This document shows positions 1 to 7,969 of a stretch of DNA of 64,000 bases, piece after piece (within the stretch, counting starts at the first letter, position 1; every line of letters begins with the position of its first letter). A program made the position numbers and the translations under genes. The notes below the pieces were generated by a model. That model saw nothing but the letters and a program-made list of their open reading frames with translations. It was not told the DNA's origin and made no database searches. The DNA lies in the IMG/VR virus record IMGVR_UViG_3300037067_027649, positions 1-64,000 of that record; one strand, given 5' to 3'. This DNA is from a virus. Lineage: Duplodnaviria > Caudoviricetes.

Positions 1-315
1 TCATATAAGTATATCTTTAATTTTCTTCTTTCTAAGAAATTTATTATATGTTTTTATAAAATCTGGTTTGTAGCTTATTTTTGAAGTATTAAAATATGTA
101 AAATAATATTTATTAAATTTACAGTATATGTATTCTTTATTATAGTAATATATATGTTCTGTATCATCAATTACTGTTATCAAGTTATCATTTTCATATT
201 TTTGTATAATTTCAGAATTTTCATTCGAATATAAATTCGTTAAAAATTTCTCAATTTCTTCATTTTTAATAATTGAAAAACTTGTTATAGTTAACGTGTT
301 TTTAATTTTTTCCAT
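1..315 (-). CDS. Hypothetical protein, paralog family A, with C-terminal RxxK[IL]xxI tag
   Basis: Ends FLRKKKIKDILI; similar layout to the next two ORFs; stop at window edge. Confidence 0.7.
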   Translation of the reverse strand: MEKIKNTLTITSFSIIKNEEIEKFLTNLYSNENSEIIQKYENDNLITVIDDTEHIYYYNKEYIYCKFNKYYFTYFNTSKISYKPDFIKTYNKFLRKKKIKDILI

Positions 316-316
316 T

Positions 317-643
317 TTACTCTAAAATATTTATTTTTTTAATTTTTTCTTTTCTAATATATTTAGAATAAGCTTTCATTACATCTATATCTATGTCTTT
401 TATTGATTTCTTAAAATCGTTAACATTTAAGTTAATAACACCAAAAACTGGTTCTGGCTGTTCACCTAAAAGATAAATATATAATACAACATCTTCACTA
501 TAAAAATAAATATCACCCACATAATAAGGACATAAAAATCTTTCTTTTAAAAATTTTTTAATATTTTCTTCATTAGAAAATATATTATAAATATAATTAT
601 TATCTAAACCTGTATTATATCTTAATGACAAATTATACTTCAT
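317..643 (-). CDS. Hypothetical protein, family A, C-terminal tag
   Basis: Shares NIFS.....KFLKE.FLC with 633..965; ends YIRKEKIKKINILE. Confidence 0.75.
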   Translation of the reverse strand: MKYNLSLRYNTGLDNNYIYNIFSNEENIKKFLKERFLCPYYVGDIYFYSEDVVLYIYLLGEQPEPVFGVINLNVNDFKKSIKDIDIDVMKAYSKYIRKEKIKKINILE

Positions 644-965
644 TCATCAATTTTTTAATTTTATTTTTTCTAATATAATTACGATGTGAATTTATAATTT
701 TATTATTTATACCATTTATATCATTCTGATAATTAAAATCAGAAATTTTATATTCTAAGATAGAATAATCATAGTAATTAGTAAGAAAAATGTTTAATAC
801 ATATTTTTCGTTAAAATAATATATTTTACTTTTATTAAAATTACATAAAAAATTTTCTTTTAAAAATTTTTCACTACTTTTTTTATCAGAAAAAATTTGT
901 CTTATATTATATTTTTCCTGATCTGTTAATTTTGAAAATAAATTTATATCGTAATTAATTAACAT
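633..965 (-). CDS. Hypothetical protein, family A, C-terminal tag
   Basis: Paralog of 317..643; ends YIRKNKIKKLMNEV. Confidence 0.75.
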   Translation of the reverse strand: MLINYDINLFSKLTDQEKYNIRQIFSDKKSSEKFLKENFLCNFNKSKIYYFNEKYVLNIFLTNYYDYSILEYKISDFNYQNDINGINNKIINSHRNYIRKNKIKKLMNEV

Positions 966-968
966 ATA

Positions 969-1310
969 TTATTTAGTAATTTCTTTTAATTTTTCTATTC
1001 TATCAATTTTATATTTATCTTTAGTATAAAATCTATATAAAAAATCATCAATAATTTTAAAATTATCATAATAATATTCAATTGTTATTCTTGGATATCC
1101 TTCTTCTCTAATAGTGGTTATATAAAATTTTAAATCTTCTATTTTAAGATGATATTCTTTAACATTAAAATCTTTAAATTTTCCACTCTTGATATAAACA
1201 TTAGCCACTATTTTAGCAGTATTTATTTTATCATTATTGAAAGTTATTATTTCAATGTCATGAAATATATTTTCAGTTATATCATATTTTGAGATGTTAT
1301 ATATCTCCAT
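969..1310 (-). CDS. Hypothetical protein, family B, C-terminal tag
   Basis: Shares D.FLY.FY.KD..I..R..K with 1320..1697; ends DRIEKLKEITK. Confidence 0.75.
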   Translation of the reverse strand: MEIYNISKYDITENIFHDIEIITFNNDKINTAKIVANVYIKSGKFKDFNVKEYHLKIEDLKFYITTIREEGYPRITIEYYYDNFKIIDDFLYRFYTKDKYKIDRIEKLKEITK

Positions 1311-1319
1311 ATACTTCTT

Positions 1320-1697
1320 TTATTTTATTATTTTTTCTATTTTTATCATTCTTTCCACAATCTTTCTATCTTTTTCATAAAAATAATAAAGAAAATTTTC
1401 ATGAATAATATATTTTGTGTAAACACCTTCAAATCTCCAAAATGGTTTTTTTTTTTTTTTTTTCGTTTGATAATAAAAAAAACTATCTTTTAATATAGAT
1501 AAATAAACTAATACATCTTTAGTATAATTTATATTTAAATCTTTATCATTGTGTACAACAGTTAATGCTTTAGCTATTTCAATTTTTTCCTCAGTTACAC
1601 CATCTTCTATTGATATGTGAATAATATTAAGTGGTAATTGTATTTTACCATTTTGTATATATTTAGTCAAATCATATTTTTTATAAAAAGTCCTCAT
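1320..1697 (-). CDS. Hypothetical protein, family B, C-terminal tag, in-frame A18 tract
   Basis: Ends ERMIKIEKIIK; T18 on + strand at 1446-1463 encodes K6. Confidence 0.7.
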   Translation of the reverse strand: MRTFYKKYDLTKYIQNGKIQLPLNIIHISIEDGVTEEKIEIAKALTVVHNDKDLNINYTKDVLVYLSILKDSFFYYQTKKKKKKPFWRFEGVYTKYIIHENFLYYFYEKDRKIVERMIKIEKIIK

Positions 1698-1719
1698 GTA
1701 CTTATATCTATATCAAATT

Positions 1720-2097
1720 TTAACATAAAATATTTTTTATTTTCATTTTTCTTTGAAAGATAATTTTTTCTTTTTTATCAGTGAATATGTAAAGTGTATT
1801 ATCAACAACCATATAATTTTCATAATTATAATTCGCAGTGTTTCCTGAACTAAATGATATTTTAAATCCATTACCAAAAGAATATACACTTTCTGGTATT
1901 GTACCATTTTCATATAAAGATATCAATACAGCAGATTCTATTATATGATTTTCAAAATTTTTAGGTATACCTTTATAATATGTAACTGTTATATGATTTT
2001 CAAAATTTTTAGGTAAACCTTTATAATATGTAACTGTTGTTGGAACACCCCACAAACCATTTTCTTGTTTCTTTGTTTTTATGATATATTCAGTCAT
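1720..2097 (-). CDS. Hypothetical protein, family B, C-terminal tag, internal 16-aa duplication
   Basis: TVTYYKG(L/I)PKNFENHI twice; ends QRKMKIKNILC. Confidence 0.75.
   Translation of the reverse strand: MTEYIIKTKKQENGLWGVPTTVTYYKGLPKNFENHITVTYYKGIPKNFENHIIESAVLISLYENGTIPESVYSFGNGFKISFSSGNTANYNYENYMVVDNTLYIFTDKKEKIIFQRKMKIKNILC
1943..2038. repeat. 48-bp tandem duplication (2 copies, 1 mismatch)
   Basis: ATATGATTTTCAAAATTTTTAGGTA(T/A)ACCTTTATAATATGTAACTGTT at 1943 and 1991. Confidence 0.9.
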
Positions 2098-2441
2098 GAT
2101 ATTTTATTAATTTTCAATTTTCTAATTAAATTAAGCTTTTCTTTTTTATTCTCAAAAACATAAAAACAATTATCATCTAATAAATAATCATCATAAAAAT
2201 AAGCTAACCTAGTTACATGTATTCTTAATAAAAATTCAACATCTATTGATTTTTCAAAAACAGTAACTTTTAATCTATCATATGAATATATTATTGGATC
2301 AATATCATTAATAAAATATATTATAGCATTAATTAATTTTTTTGTATATTCATCAAGATTGATAGGTTTATTATTAATAATAGTATGTTTTTTTGATGAT
2401 AAGGCTTCATCTAAATCAAAATCTATTACAAATTTTTTCAT
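2094..2441 (-). CDS. Hypothetical protein, family B-like, C-terminal tag
   Basis: Y.YDDYLLDDNCFYVFE.KKEK..R; ends IRKLKINKIS. Confidence 0.7.
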   Translation of the reverse strand: MKKFVIDFDLDEALSSKKHTIINNKPINLDEYTKKLINAIIYFINDIDPIIYSYDRLKVTVFEKSIDVEFLLRIHVTRLAYFYDDYLLDDNCFYVFENKKEKLNLIRKLKINKIS

Positions 2442-2462
2442 ACATTTTTATCAGATATATTA

Positions 2463-2774
2463 TTAAATATCATCATCTTCAAATATTTTATCAATTTTTT
2501 CTTTTCTCTTTTTATCAACAATAACTTTATATTCACCATTTATTTTTTTAATAATAAGATCATGCTTTGTTTCATCAAAATCTTTATTATTTTCAAAAAA
2601 TTCATCCATAACATTTCTGATAGTGCTTTTTGTTTCTCTAAACGGGTCGAGAGGTTTTTTTCTTGTATTAATTGTATTAATTGTAATCCAATGGTCATTA
2701 GGTATTTGAGATGTAATACTATTAATTTGTTTAGTATTATATTTTTTTCTTTTATTTATCATATTTGAATTCAT
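2463..2774 (-). CDS. Hypothetical protein, family C, C-terminal tag
   Basis: DLIIKKINGEYKVIVDKKRKEKIDKIF shared with next three ORFs. Confidence 0.8.
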   Translation of the reverse strand: MNSNMINKRKKYNTKQINSITSQIPNDHWITINTINTRKKPLDPFRETKSTIRNVMDEFFENNKDFDETKHDLIIKKINGEYKVIVDKKRKEKIDKIFEDDDI

Positions 2775-2791
2775 AATTTAATAATTTAAAT

Positions 2792-3067
2792 TTATTTATT
2801 AAATATTTGTTTTAATTTTTCTTTACGTTTATTATCAATTATCACTTTATATTTACCATCTATTTTTTTGATGATTATATCCTTTTTTTCAAAATCAAAA
2901 ATTTCATTTTTATCAATAAATTCTTCAACTGCTTCATCTATTTTTTTTCTAAAAATATCCTTTTTACTATAAGGTTCTTTTTCAACATAAGAATCAGTCA
3001 AATAATCATCTCTTAATAAATTACCAAATATATGGTCTAAATCAAAGTCATCATTATCGCTATTCAT
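2792..3067 (-). CDS. Hypothetical protein, family C, C-terminal tag
   Basis: DIIIKKIDGKYKVIIDNKRKEKLKQIF. Confidence 0.8.
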   Translation of the reverse strand: MNSDNDDFDLDHIFGNLLRDDYLTDSYVEKEPYSKKDIFRKKIDEAVEEFIDKNEIFDFEKKDIIIKKIDGKYKVIIDNKRKEKLKQIFNK

Positions 3068-3329
3068 CTTCTTTAAATATTTGTTTTATTTTTTCATTTC
3101 TTTTCTTATCTAATGATGCTATATATTCACCATTTATTTTCCTGACAATTATATCTTTATCAGTAAAATCGTCATTTAAATTATCATTTAAGAATTTTTC
3201 AACAGCATCATTTATACCTTTTCTTACTTTTTCGTGTTTTGTTTCTAATGTTGTCTGAAATATTTCACGAAAATCATATCTCCAATTAGATGGTATTGGA
3301 AAATTTAATCTATTATCTTTATCATTCAT
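3060..3329 (-). CDS. Hypothetical protein, family C, C-terminal tag
   Basis: DIIVRKINGEYIASLDKKRNEKIKQIF. Confidence 0.8.
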   Translation of the reverse strand: MNDKDNRLNFPIPSNWRYDFREIFQTTLETKHEKVRKGINDAVEKFLNDNLNDDFTDKDIIVRKINGEYIASLDKKRNEKIKQIFKEDE

Positions 3330-3636
3330 CTTCTTTAAATATTTTTTTTATTTTTTCTTCTCTAATATTATTAACAGTAATTATAATTTCGTCACCATTT
3401 TTTGTTATTGTCAAGTTATTTTTCGAAAAATCAAAATCATCATTAGACATCAAAAAATCATCAAGATTATCAACTATAACATTTCTTATATCTCTCATTT
3501 TTGTAGAAAATGACTTTGAATTCTTTAAAGCTTCGAGTTGTTTTTTAAAATTATAATCTTTATATTTTTTTTTATAAAAACTTTCTTTAGATATAGAAAT
3601 TAATTTTTTTTCATTAAGAAATTCTGGTTTTTTCAT
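3322..3636 (-). CDS. Hypothetical protein, family C, C-terminal tag
   Basis: NLTITKNGDEIIITVNNIREEKIKKIF. Confidence 0.8.
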   Translation of the reverse strand: MKKPEFLNEKKLISISKESFYKKKYKDYNFKKQLEALKNSKSFSTKMRDIRNVIVDNLDDFLMSNDDFDFSKNNLTITKNGDEIIITVNNIREEKIKKIFKEDE

Positions 3637-3637
3637 A

Positions 3638-3952
3638 TTATATTTTATATTTTTCTTTGAAGAAATTATTTATTTTTTCAAAATCTGGTTCACCTTCAGA
3701 CATCATTTCTTTATCAAAAAAAGATTTCAGTTCATCATCATATTCAAGAACTTTCCAGAAATCTAATTTACAACAATCTCTTTCAATTGTTCTATCAAAA
3801 TCAGGTGTTAAATTGTTTTCTGAATTTTCATCAAAATCTAATTGTTTTTCACAAGATGATATATCACTATATATAGCTCCAAAATCGGAATCACCAACTT
3901 CTTCTGGTCTATATGAAAAACAAAAATTACAAGATTTATTTATCTTACACAT
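3638..3952 (-). CDS. Hypothetical Cys-containing protein
   Basis: CxxC near N-terminus; coupled in operon. Confidence 0.65.
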   Translation of the reverse strand: MCKINKSCNFCFSYRPEEVGDSDFGAIYSDISSCEKQLDFDENSENNLTPDFDRTIERDCCKLDFWKVLEYDDELKSFFDKEMMSEGEPDFEKINNFFKEKYKI

Positions 3953-3956
3953 ATAT

Positions 3957-4265
3957 TTATTTGTTTATTTTTCCACAACAATGTTTATATTTTTTACCAG
4001 AAAAGCATGTACATGGTTGATTTCTTCCAATTTTAGGTTCAGTGTTGATTGGTAGAATTTTATATTGTTTTTCTTTTTTTGTTAGAGATAAATTATTATA
4101 ATCATCTACAATTTCAGGTAATGCTTTTATTATCATAGGTGTGTTAGCAAAGGTGTCTATTATTGTAACCTTTTCTTTTTCAATAAGATTTATAACACGT
4201 TCAGCTTTTGATAATCCTCCAGTACCAATAACTGCTACATTCAATTTCTTTTTTTTATCTTCCAT
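3957..4265 (-). CDS. SEC-C motif protein
   Basis: C-terminal [21 protein letters not shown], the SecA-type Zn-binding motif. Confidence 0.85.
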   Translation of the reverse strand: MEDKKKKLNVAVIGTGGLSKAERVINLIEKEKVTIIDTFANTPMIIKALPEIVDDYNNLSLTKKEKQYKILPINTEPKIGRNQPCTCFSGKKYKHCCGKINK

Positions 4266-4288
4266 ATTTTATGTTATCATTTTAACGT

Positions 4289-4459
4289 TTAAATATGTTG
4301 CATTAAAAAAGAATTAAAAATTTCTTCCACAGGATCATTTTTAAACTTTTTATAGTTTACTCCGATAAATAATGCAAATTTCCTCATATCTTCATTTGTC
4401 CAATTTTTACAATTTTCTGGAAATTTACTCAATAAATTATTAATAGTTTTTTCTTCCAT
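4289..4459 (-). CDS. Small hypothetical protein (56 aa, not in ORF track)
   Basis: Read by hand: MEEKTINNLLSKFPENCKNWTNEDMRKF...; fills operon gap. Confidence 0.55.
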   Translation of the reverse strand: MEEKTINNLLSKFPENCKNWTNEDMRKFALFIGVNYKKFKNDPVEEIFNSFLMQHI

Positions 4460-4470
4460 TTTTTAAATTT

Positions 4471-4980
4471 TTAAATATTATAATCAATAAATTCTTTTTC
4501 TTTTTTTTCTTTTTGAATTTTGGTGAAATGTTTTGAAAGTCTTTCATGCTGTAACTTATGGTTGTTTTCAACTGTATCTAATAACCATAAAACTTCTTCT
4601 TCTCTTGCTATTTCATCATCATCAGTAGCAAAATCTAAGTATGGTCTTGCACCTTTATCTTCTATATCACAAATATCAAATTCACCATTATTTATGTTAT
4701 ATTTTTGATATCTTATACAAACTTCACCATCATCTTGCATATAATAACTAATAAAACCTGTTACAGATTCAAGAAATGTTAATTCATCTCTATTCTGTAA
4801 TACTGATGTTTGACTAATATCAAGAACATTACCCATACATGAATATAACATTTGTCTATCATAATTCATGATACGTTTAAATAATTCATTATTTTCATAT
4901 TCTGAGATAGATTGTAATACATTTTTTAAACGTCTTTCATAATCTTCTCTTGTCGTTTGTTTAAATAATTCTATATTCAT
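4471..4980 (-). CDS. Hypothetical protein
   Basis: 169-aa ORF downstream of a TAnnTTTG motif. Confidence 0.7.
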   Translation of the reverse strand: MNIELFKQTTREDYERRLKNVLQSISEYENNELFKRIMNYDRQMLYSCMGNVLDISQTSVLQNRDELTFLESVTGFISYYMQDDGEVCIRYQKYNINNGEFDICDIEDKGARPYLDFATDDDEIAREEEVLWLLDTVENNHKLQHERLSKHFTKIQKEKKEKEFIDYNI

Positions 4981-4997
4981 ATGTATAGATTTTGTAA

Positions 4998-5005
4998 CAA
5001 ATATA
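4998..5005 (-). promoter_or_regulatory. Bacteroidota sigmaA-type -7 element TATATTTG
   Basis: CAAATATA on + strand, 18 nt upstream of start 4980. Confidence 0.6.
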
Positions 5006-5059
5006 GTAAAAATTATTTAAAAATAAAAACTTTTAATATAATATTTTATATAATAAAAT

Positions 5060-5380
5060 ATGGGGAAATGGTGTTCATATTCATATATTGGAAAAAAATA
5101 TCCAGAATTTATTGGTAAAATTATCAAATATGATGATTATTCATGTGAAATTAAAAATTCAAATAATCAATTATATTCACCTGAATCTTGGAAAATGTCT
5201 TATGTTAATATATTTGAAAGGATAGAAAATGCTATTATTTCAATATTATTAAAAAATAATAATATTTATTCATTAAATGAAATAAAAGATGATATACGTC
5301 TTAATTTTAAGAGAGAATACGAAAAAATTAATTGGGAAGATTTGGAAATAATAGATTTATTTATAAAAATAAATAAGTGA
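5060..5380 (+). CDS. Hypothetical protein
   Basis: 106-aa ORF in a gap between minus-strand genes. Confidence 0.65.
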   Translation: MGKWCSYSYIGKKYPEFIGKIIKYDDYSCEIKNSNNQLYSPESWKMSYVNIFERIENAIISILLKNNNIYSLNEIKDDIRLNFKREYEKINWEDLEIIDLFIKINK

Positions 5381-5441
5381 TTAACATTCAGAATCATATT
5401 ATAATGAACCCTCATTATTCTAATGATTTAATTTTTTCATA

Positions 5442-5648
5442 CTACATTTGTCTATAATGATTTTTTATAAGTTTTTCAAATAATTTAAGTAATTCATCAT
5501 CACTTAACCAATCATAATTAATTTCTGATATATGGTATAAACCTCTATCAGTATTAACAATAAAAGATTTCCAACGGAAATTATCTTTAGAAAAATTATG
5601 ATTAGCAATAGCTAATTCGTTAATTCTTTTTTTTATTAATCTTCTCAT
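5442..5648 (-). CDS. Hypothetical protein
   Basis: Start moved to ATG 5648 (MRRLIKK). Confidence 0.55.
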   Translation of the reverse strand: MRRLIKKRINELAIANHNFSKDNFRWKSFIVNTDRGLYHISEINYDWLSDDELLKLFEKLIKNHYRQM

Positions 5649-5883
5649 AATATTTATCTCTATATTTTTGTGATAATTTTGTAAGACCAAGTTTAGGTTT
5701 TATATTTACACAGAAAATCCATAATTTCTCAAAATGATTAAATATAAAATGACTTATTTTTGATAAGAAGATATTGTGCCATCTACCAATATTACAAAGT
5801 TCACAATGCCATTCATAATGTTGATGTCTGCTACATATAGAATACCATTGTTTCTTAAAAAGAAACTTACCTTTTGTTAACAT
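5620..5883 (-). CDS. Hypothetical protein
   Basis: CSxH...CxxC Zn-ribbon-like segment. Confidence 0.6.
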   Translation of the reverse strand: MLTKGKFLFKKQWYSICSRHQHYEWHCELCNIGRWHNIFLSKISHFIFNHFEKLWIFCVNIKPKLGLTKLSQKYRDKYYEKINKKKN

Positions 5884-5891
5884 TTTTTTAA

Positions 5892-6092
5892 TTATTTTTT
5901 ATGTTCAACTTCCCAACGATAATCAAAATCAAACCAACAACCAGATACACGAATTTTACCATTATTAATTACTCCTTCACAACCAGTAGTCCAATATCTG
6001 TTTGAAATTGGTGCTGATATCACTATCACTCTTTTAAAGGAATTGTTTGCAAATCTATCGTTATCCATATATTTATAATTTATTTGTTTCAA
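5892..6092 (-). CDS. Hypothetical protein
   Basis: ORF coupled with neighbours. Confidence 0.6.
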   Translation of the reverse strand: MKQINYKYMDNDRFANNSFKRVIVISAPISNRYWTTGCEGVINNGKIRVSGCWFDFDYRWEVEHKK

Positions 6093-6529
6093 ATTTTAAA
6101 ATATTCTTTTACTCTTTCAATTTCTTCTGGTGTTAAGACATAAAATTTTCCACAATTCCATCTGAAATGTCCATATCCAAGAAATTCACCATTATCACCT
6201 TTATGTGAAGCAGGTGTTGATAATTTATGAACTCCTTTATAACAAATTCTACGTAGCATTGGTTCAACATTAGGTGCATCACCTTTAAATATCATGTTTG
6301 TTATTTTATTTGCTAATGCTTTTAATGATGCAGATTCTCCAAACATATTTTTAACATCCCAATTACTTATATCCTTATATTGAACAATGTTTAATTTTTT
6401 TCCAACTTTTTGAACATTTTTTTGACCAACAATAGGTAATTCATTTTCAATAGAATTAGTAATGATTTTTAATTCTTTCCAATAATTGCTTATGAAACTC
6501 AATTTGTTATTTGGTTCTATAAAATTCAT
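6089..6529 (-). CDS. Hypothetical protein
   Basis: 146-aa ORF. Confidence 0.7.
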   Translation of the reverse strand: MNFIEPNNKLSFISNYWKELKIITNSIENELPIVGQKNVQKVGKKLNIVQYKDISNWDVKNMFGESASLKALANKITNMIFKGDAPNVEPMLRRICYKGVHKLSTPASHKGDNGEFLGYGHFRWNCGKFYVLTPEEIERVKEYFKI

Positions 6530-6707
6530 ACCTCAATTTGTTAGAATTAAAAACAATATTATGTTGATTTTTCTGTATGAATTTAGGAAAACAATTTGGA
6601 TATTTAGTAATCCAAGATTGAAGATATCTAATATCAATAAACCTAATGTTATCATCAGGTTTAATGATTTTTTCAATTCTATCCAATATTGTTGTCCAAA
6701 GTATCAT
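6507..6707 (-). CDS. Hypothetical protein
   Basis: ORF in operon. Confidence 0.5.
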   Translation of the reverse strand: MILWTTILDRIEKIIKPDDNIRFIDIRYLQSWITKYPNCFPKFIQKNQHNIVFNSNKLRYEFYRTK

Positions 6708-6929
6708 TTAAGCCAATATTCTGTTTTTCAACTGATAGTATTCATACAGACACATTACTTCTTCTTCATTGGATTTACCTAAAAATCCAACTTGAATGAA
6801 AGAACAAAACGTTGCTTTCTGTTCAATTGTAAGATCATTCCAATCAGTATCAAAAAACTTAATATCAGATTCTTCTGCTCTGAGAATTTCTTCACCAGTA
6901 AAATGGTTTATTTTTCCAGTTTTAATCAT
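6708..6929 (-). CDS. Hypothetical protein
   Basis: ORF in operon. Confidence 0.6.
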   Translation of the reverse strand: MIKTGKINHFTGEEILRAEESDIKFFDTDWNDLTIEQKATFCSFIQVGFLGKSNEEEVMCLYEYYQLKNRILA

Positions 6930-6940
6930 TTTTATAATTT

Positions 6941-7186
6941 TTAAAGGTTACTAATAAATCTTCTCGACATTTCAAGTAAAAGTTCTCTTTCAACAAAAGT
7001 AATATTTAAAGAACGGTTAATTTCTCTTGCTAAAGTAACTAATTCTTTAACATGTTTATAATCTTTAGAAAATTCACCGTTTTCCCAAAGATGTCTTAAT
7101 TCTTCCCAAGCTTCTTTTAATTCAGAATCTTTATAATTTAAAAGCATACTTTTAAATTTTTCCATTTTTTCTATTATATTACTCAT
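6941..7186 (-). CDS. Hypothetical protein
   Basis: ORF in operon. Confidence 0.65.
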   Translation of the reverse strand: MSNIIEKMEKFKSMLLNYKDSELKEAWEELRHLWENGEFSKDYKHVKELVTLAREINRSLNITFVERELLLEMSRRFISNL

Positions 7187-7194
7187 AGTGTATA

Positions 7195-7596
7195 TTATTT
7201 AATGTTTTCTGTTGAATATGTACTAACAATATTACGAATTCTTTTTGATATGTTAAGTTTAACATTGTAATCTTCTTCAATCTTTAATAGTTGCTTAACC
7301 ATCTTTCTTGTAAGATAACCATAAGTTTTTTGAGTTTGGAAACCATTTAAAAAAGAATGATCTTTTGGACTTAGTATGTGAGATACAGTATCACTTTCTT
7401 TAACAAGAGCAGCACAATTACCAAGAATTGAATGGATTTCACCAACAGAAGTTCTGTGATAAACATCACAATCACATATTGTCTTATTTTTAAGCCTTCT
7501 GTTGTCATAGTTGTTCATTTCAATCTTCACGATATCAGGGTTTTGCAACCAATTGAACAATTCATCTCTTTTTAGTAAAAGTCTTGTTCGTATCAT
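7195..7596 (-). CDS. Hypothetical protein
   Basis: 133-aa ORF. Confidence 0.7.
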   Translation of the reverse strand: MIRTRLLLKRDELFNWLQNPDIVKIEMNNYDNRRLKNKTICDCDVYHRTSVGEIHSILGNCAALVKESDTVSHILSPKDHSFLNGFQTQKTYGYLTRKMVKQLLKIEEDYNVKLNISKRIRNIVSTYSTENIK

Positions 7597-7614
7597 AATT
7601 TTTCTTTTTATGAA

Positions 7615-7824
7615 TTAAGAAACTCTAAAATCTTCCGATTTCAACTTATCAATAGCTTTAATGTATTCTTCTTCCGTATCATACGGTGTTAAATACATTG
7701 AGCCATATAAACAGTTTTCTTTAGATTTTGCATCTTTCACACTCAGTTGACCATATGCTTTATAATATGGCTTACTTAATTGTGGGTTGTGCCTTTCTCC
7801 GATGTAAAATTTATATTTACTCAT
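7615..7824 (-). CDS. Hypothetical phage protein
   Basis: Start moved to ATG 7824 (MSKYKFYIGERHNPQ), downstream of TATCTTTG. Confidence 0.7.
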   Translation of the reverse strand: MSKYKFYIGERHNPQLSKPYYKAYGQLSVKDAKSKENCLYGSMYLTPYDTEEEYIKAIDKLKSEDFRVS

Positions 7825-7842
7825 AGTTTTAAATTTATAACA

Positions 7843-7850
7843 CAAAGATA
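7843..7850 (-). promoter_or_regulatory. Bacteroidota-type -7 element TATCTTTG
   Basis: CAAAGATA on + strand, 19 nt upstream of ATG 7824. Confidence 0.55.
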
Positions 7851-7969
7851 CAAATAATTATAAAAATAAAAAAATTATTTACATTTTTCATCATCAAGCC
7901 AACAGTCAATTTGGTCTGGCTTATAAGTTTTACCACCAAAATCAGCCCAAAATTTATATTTTCATTGAA

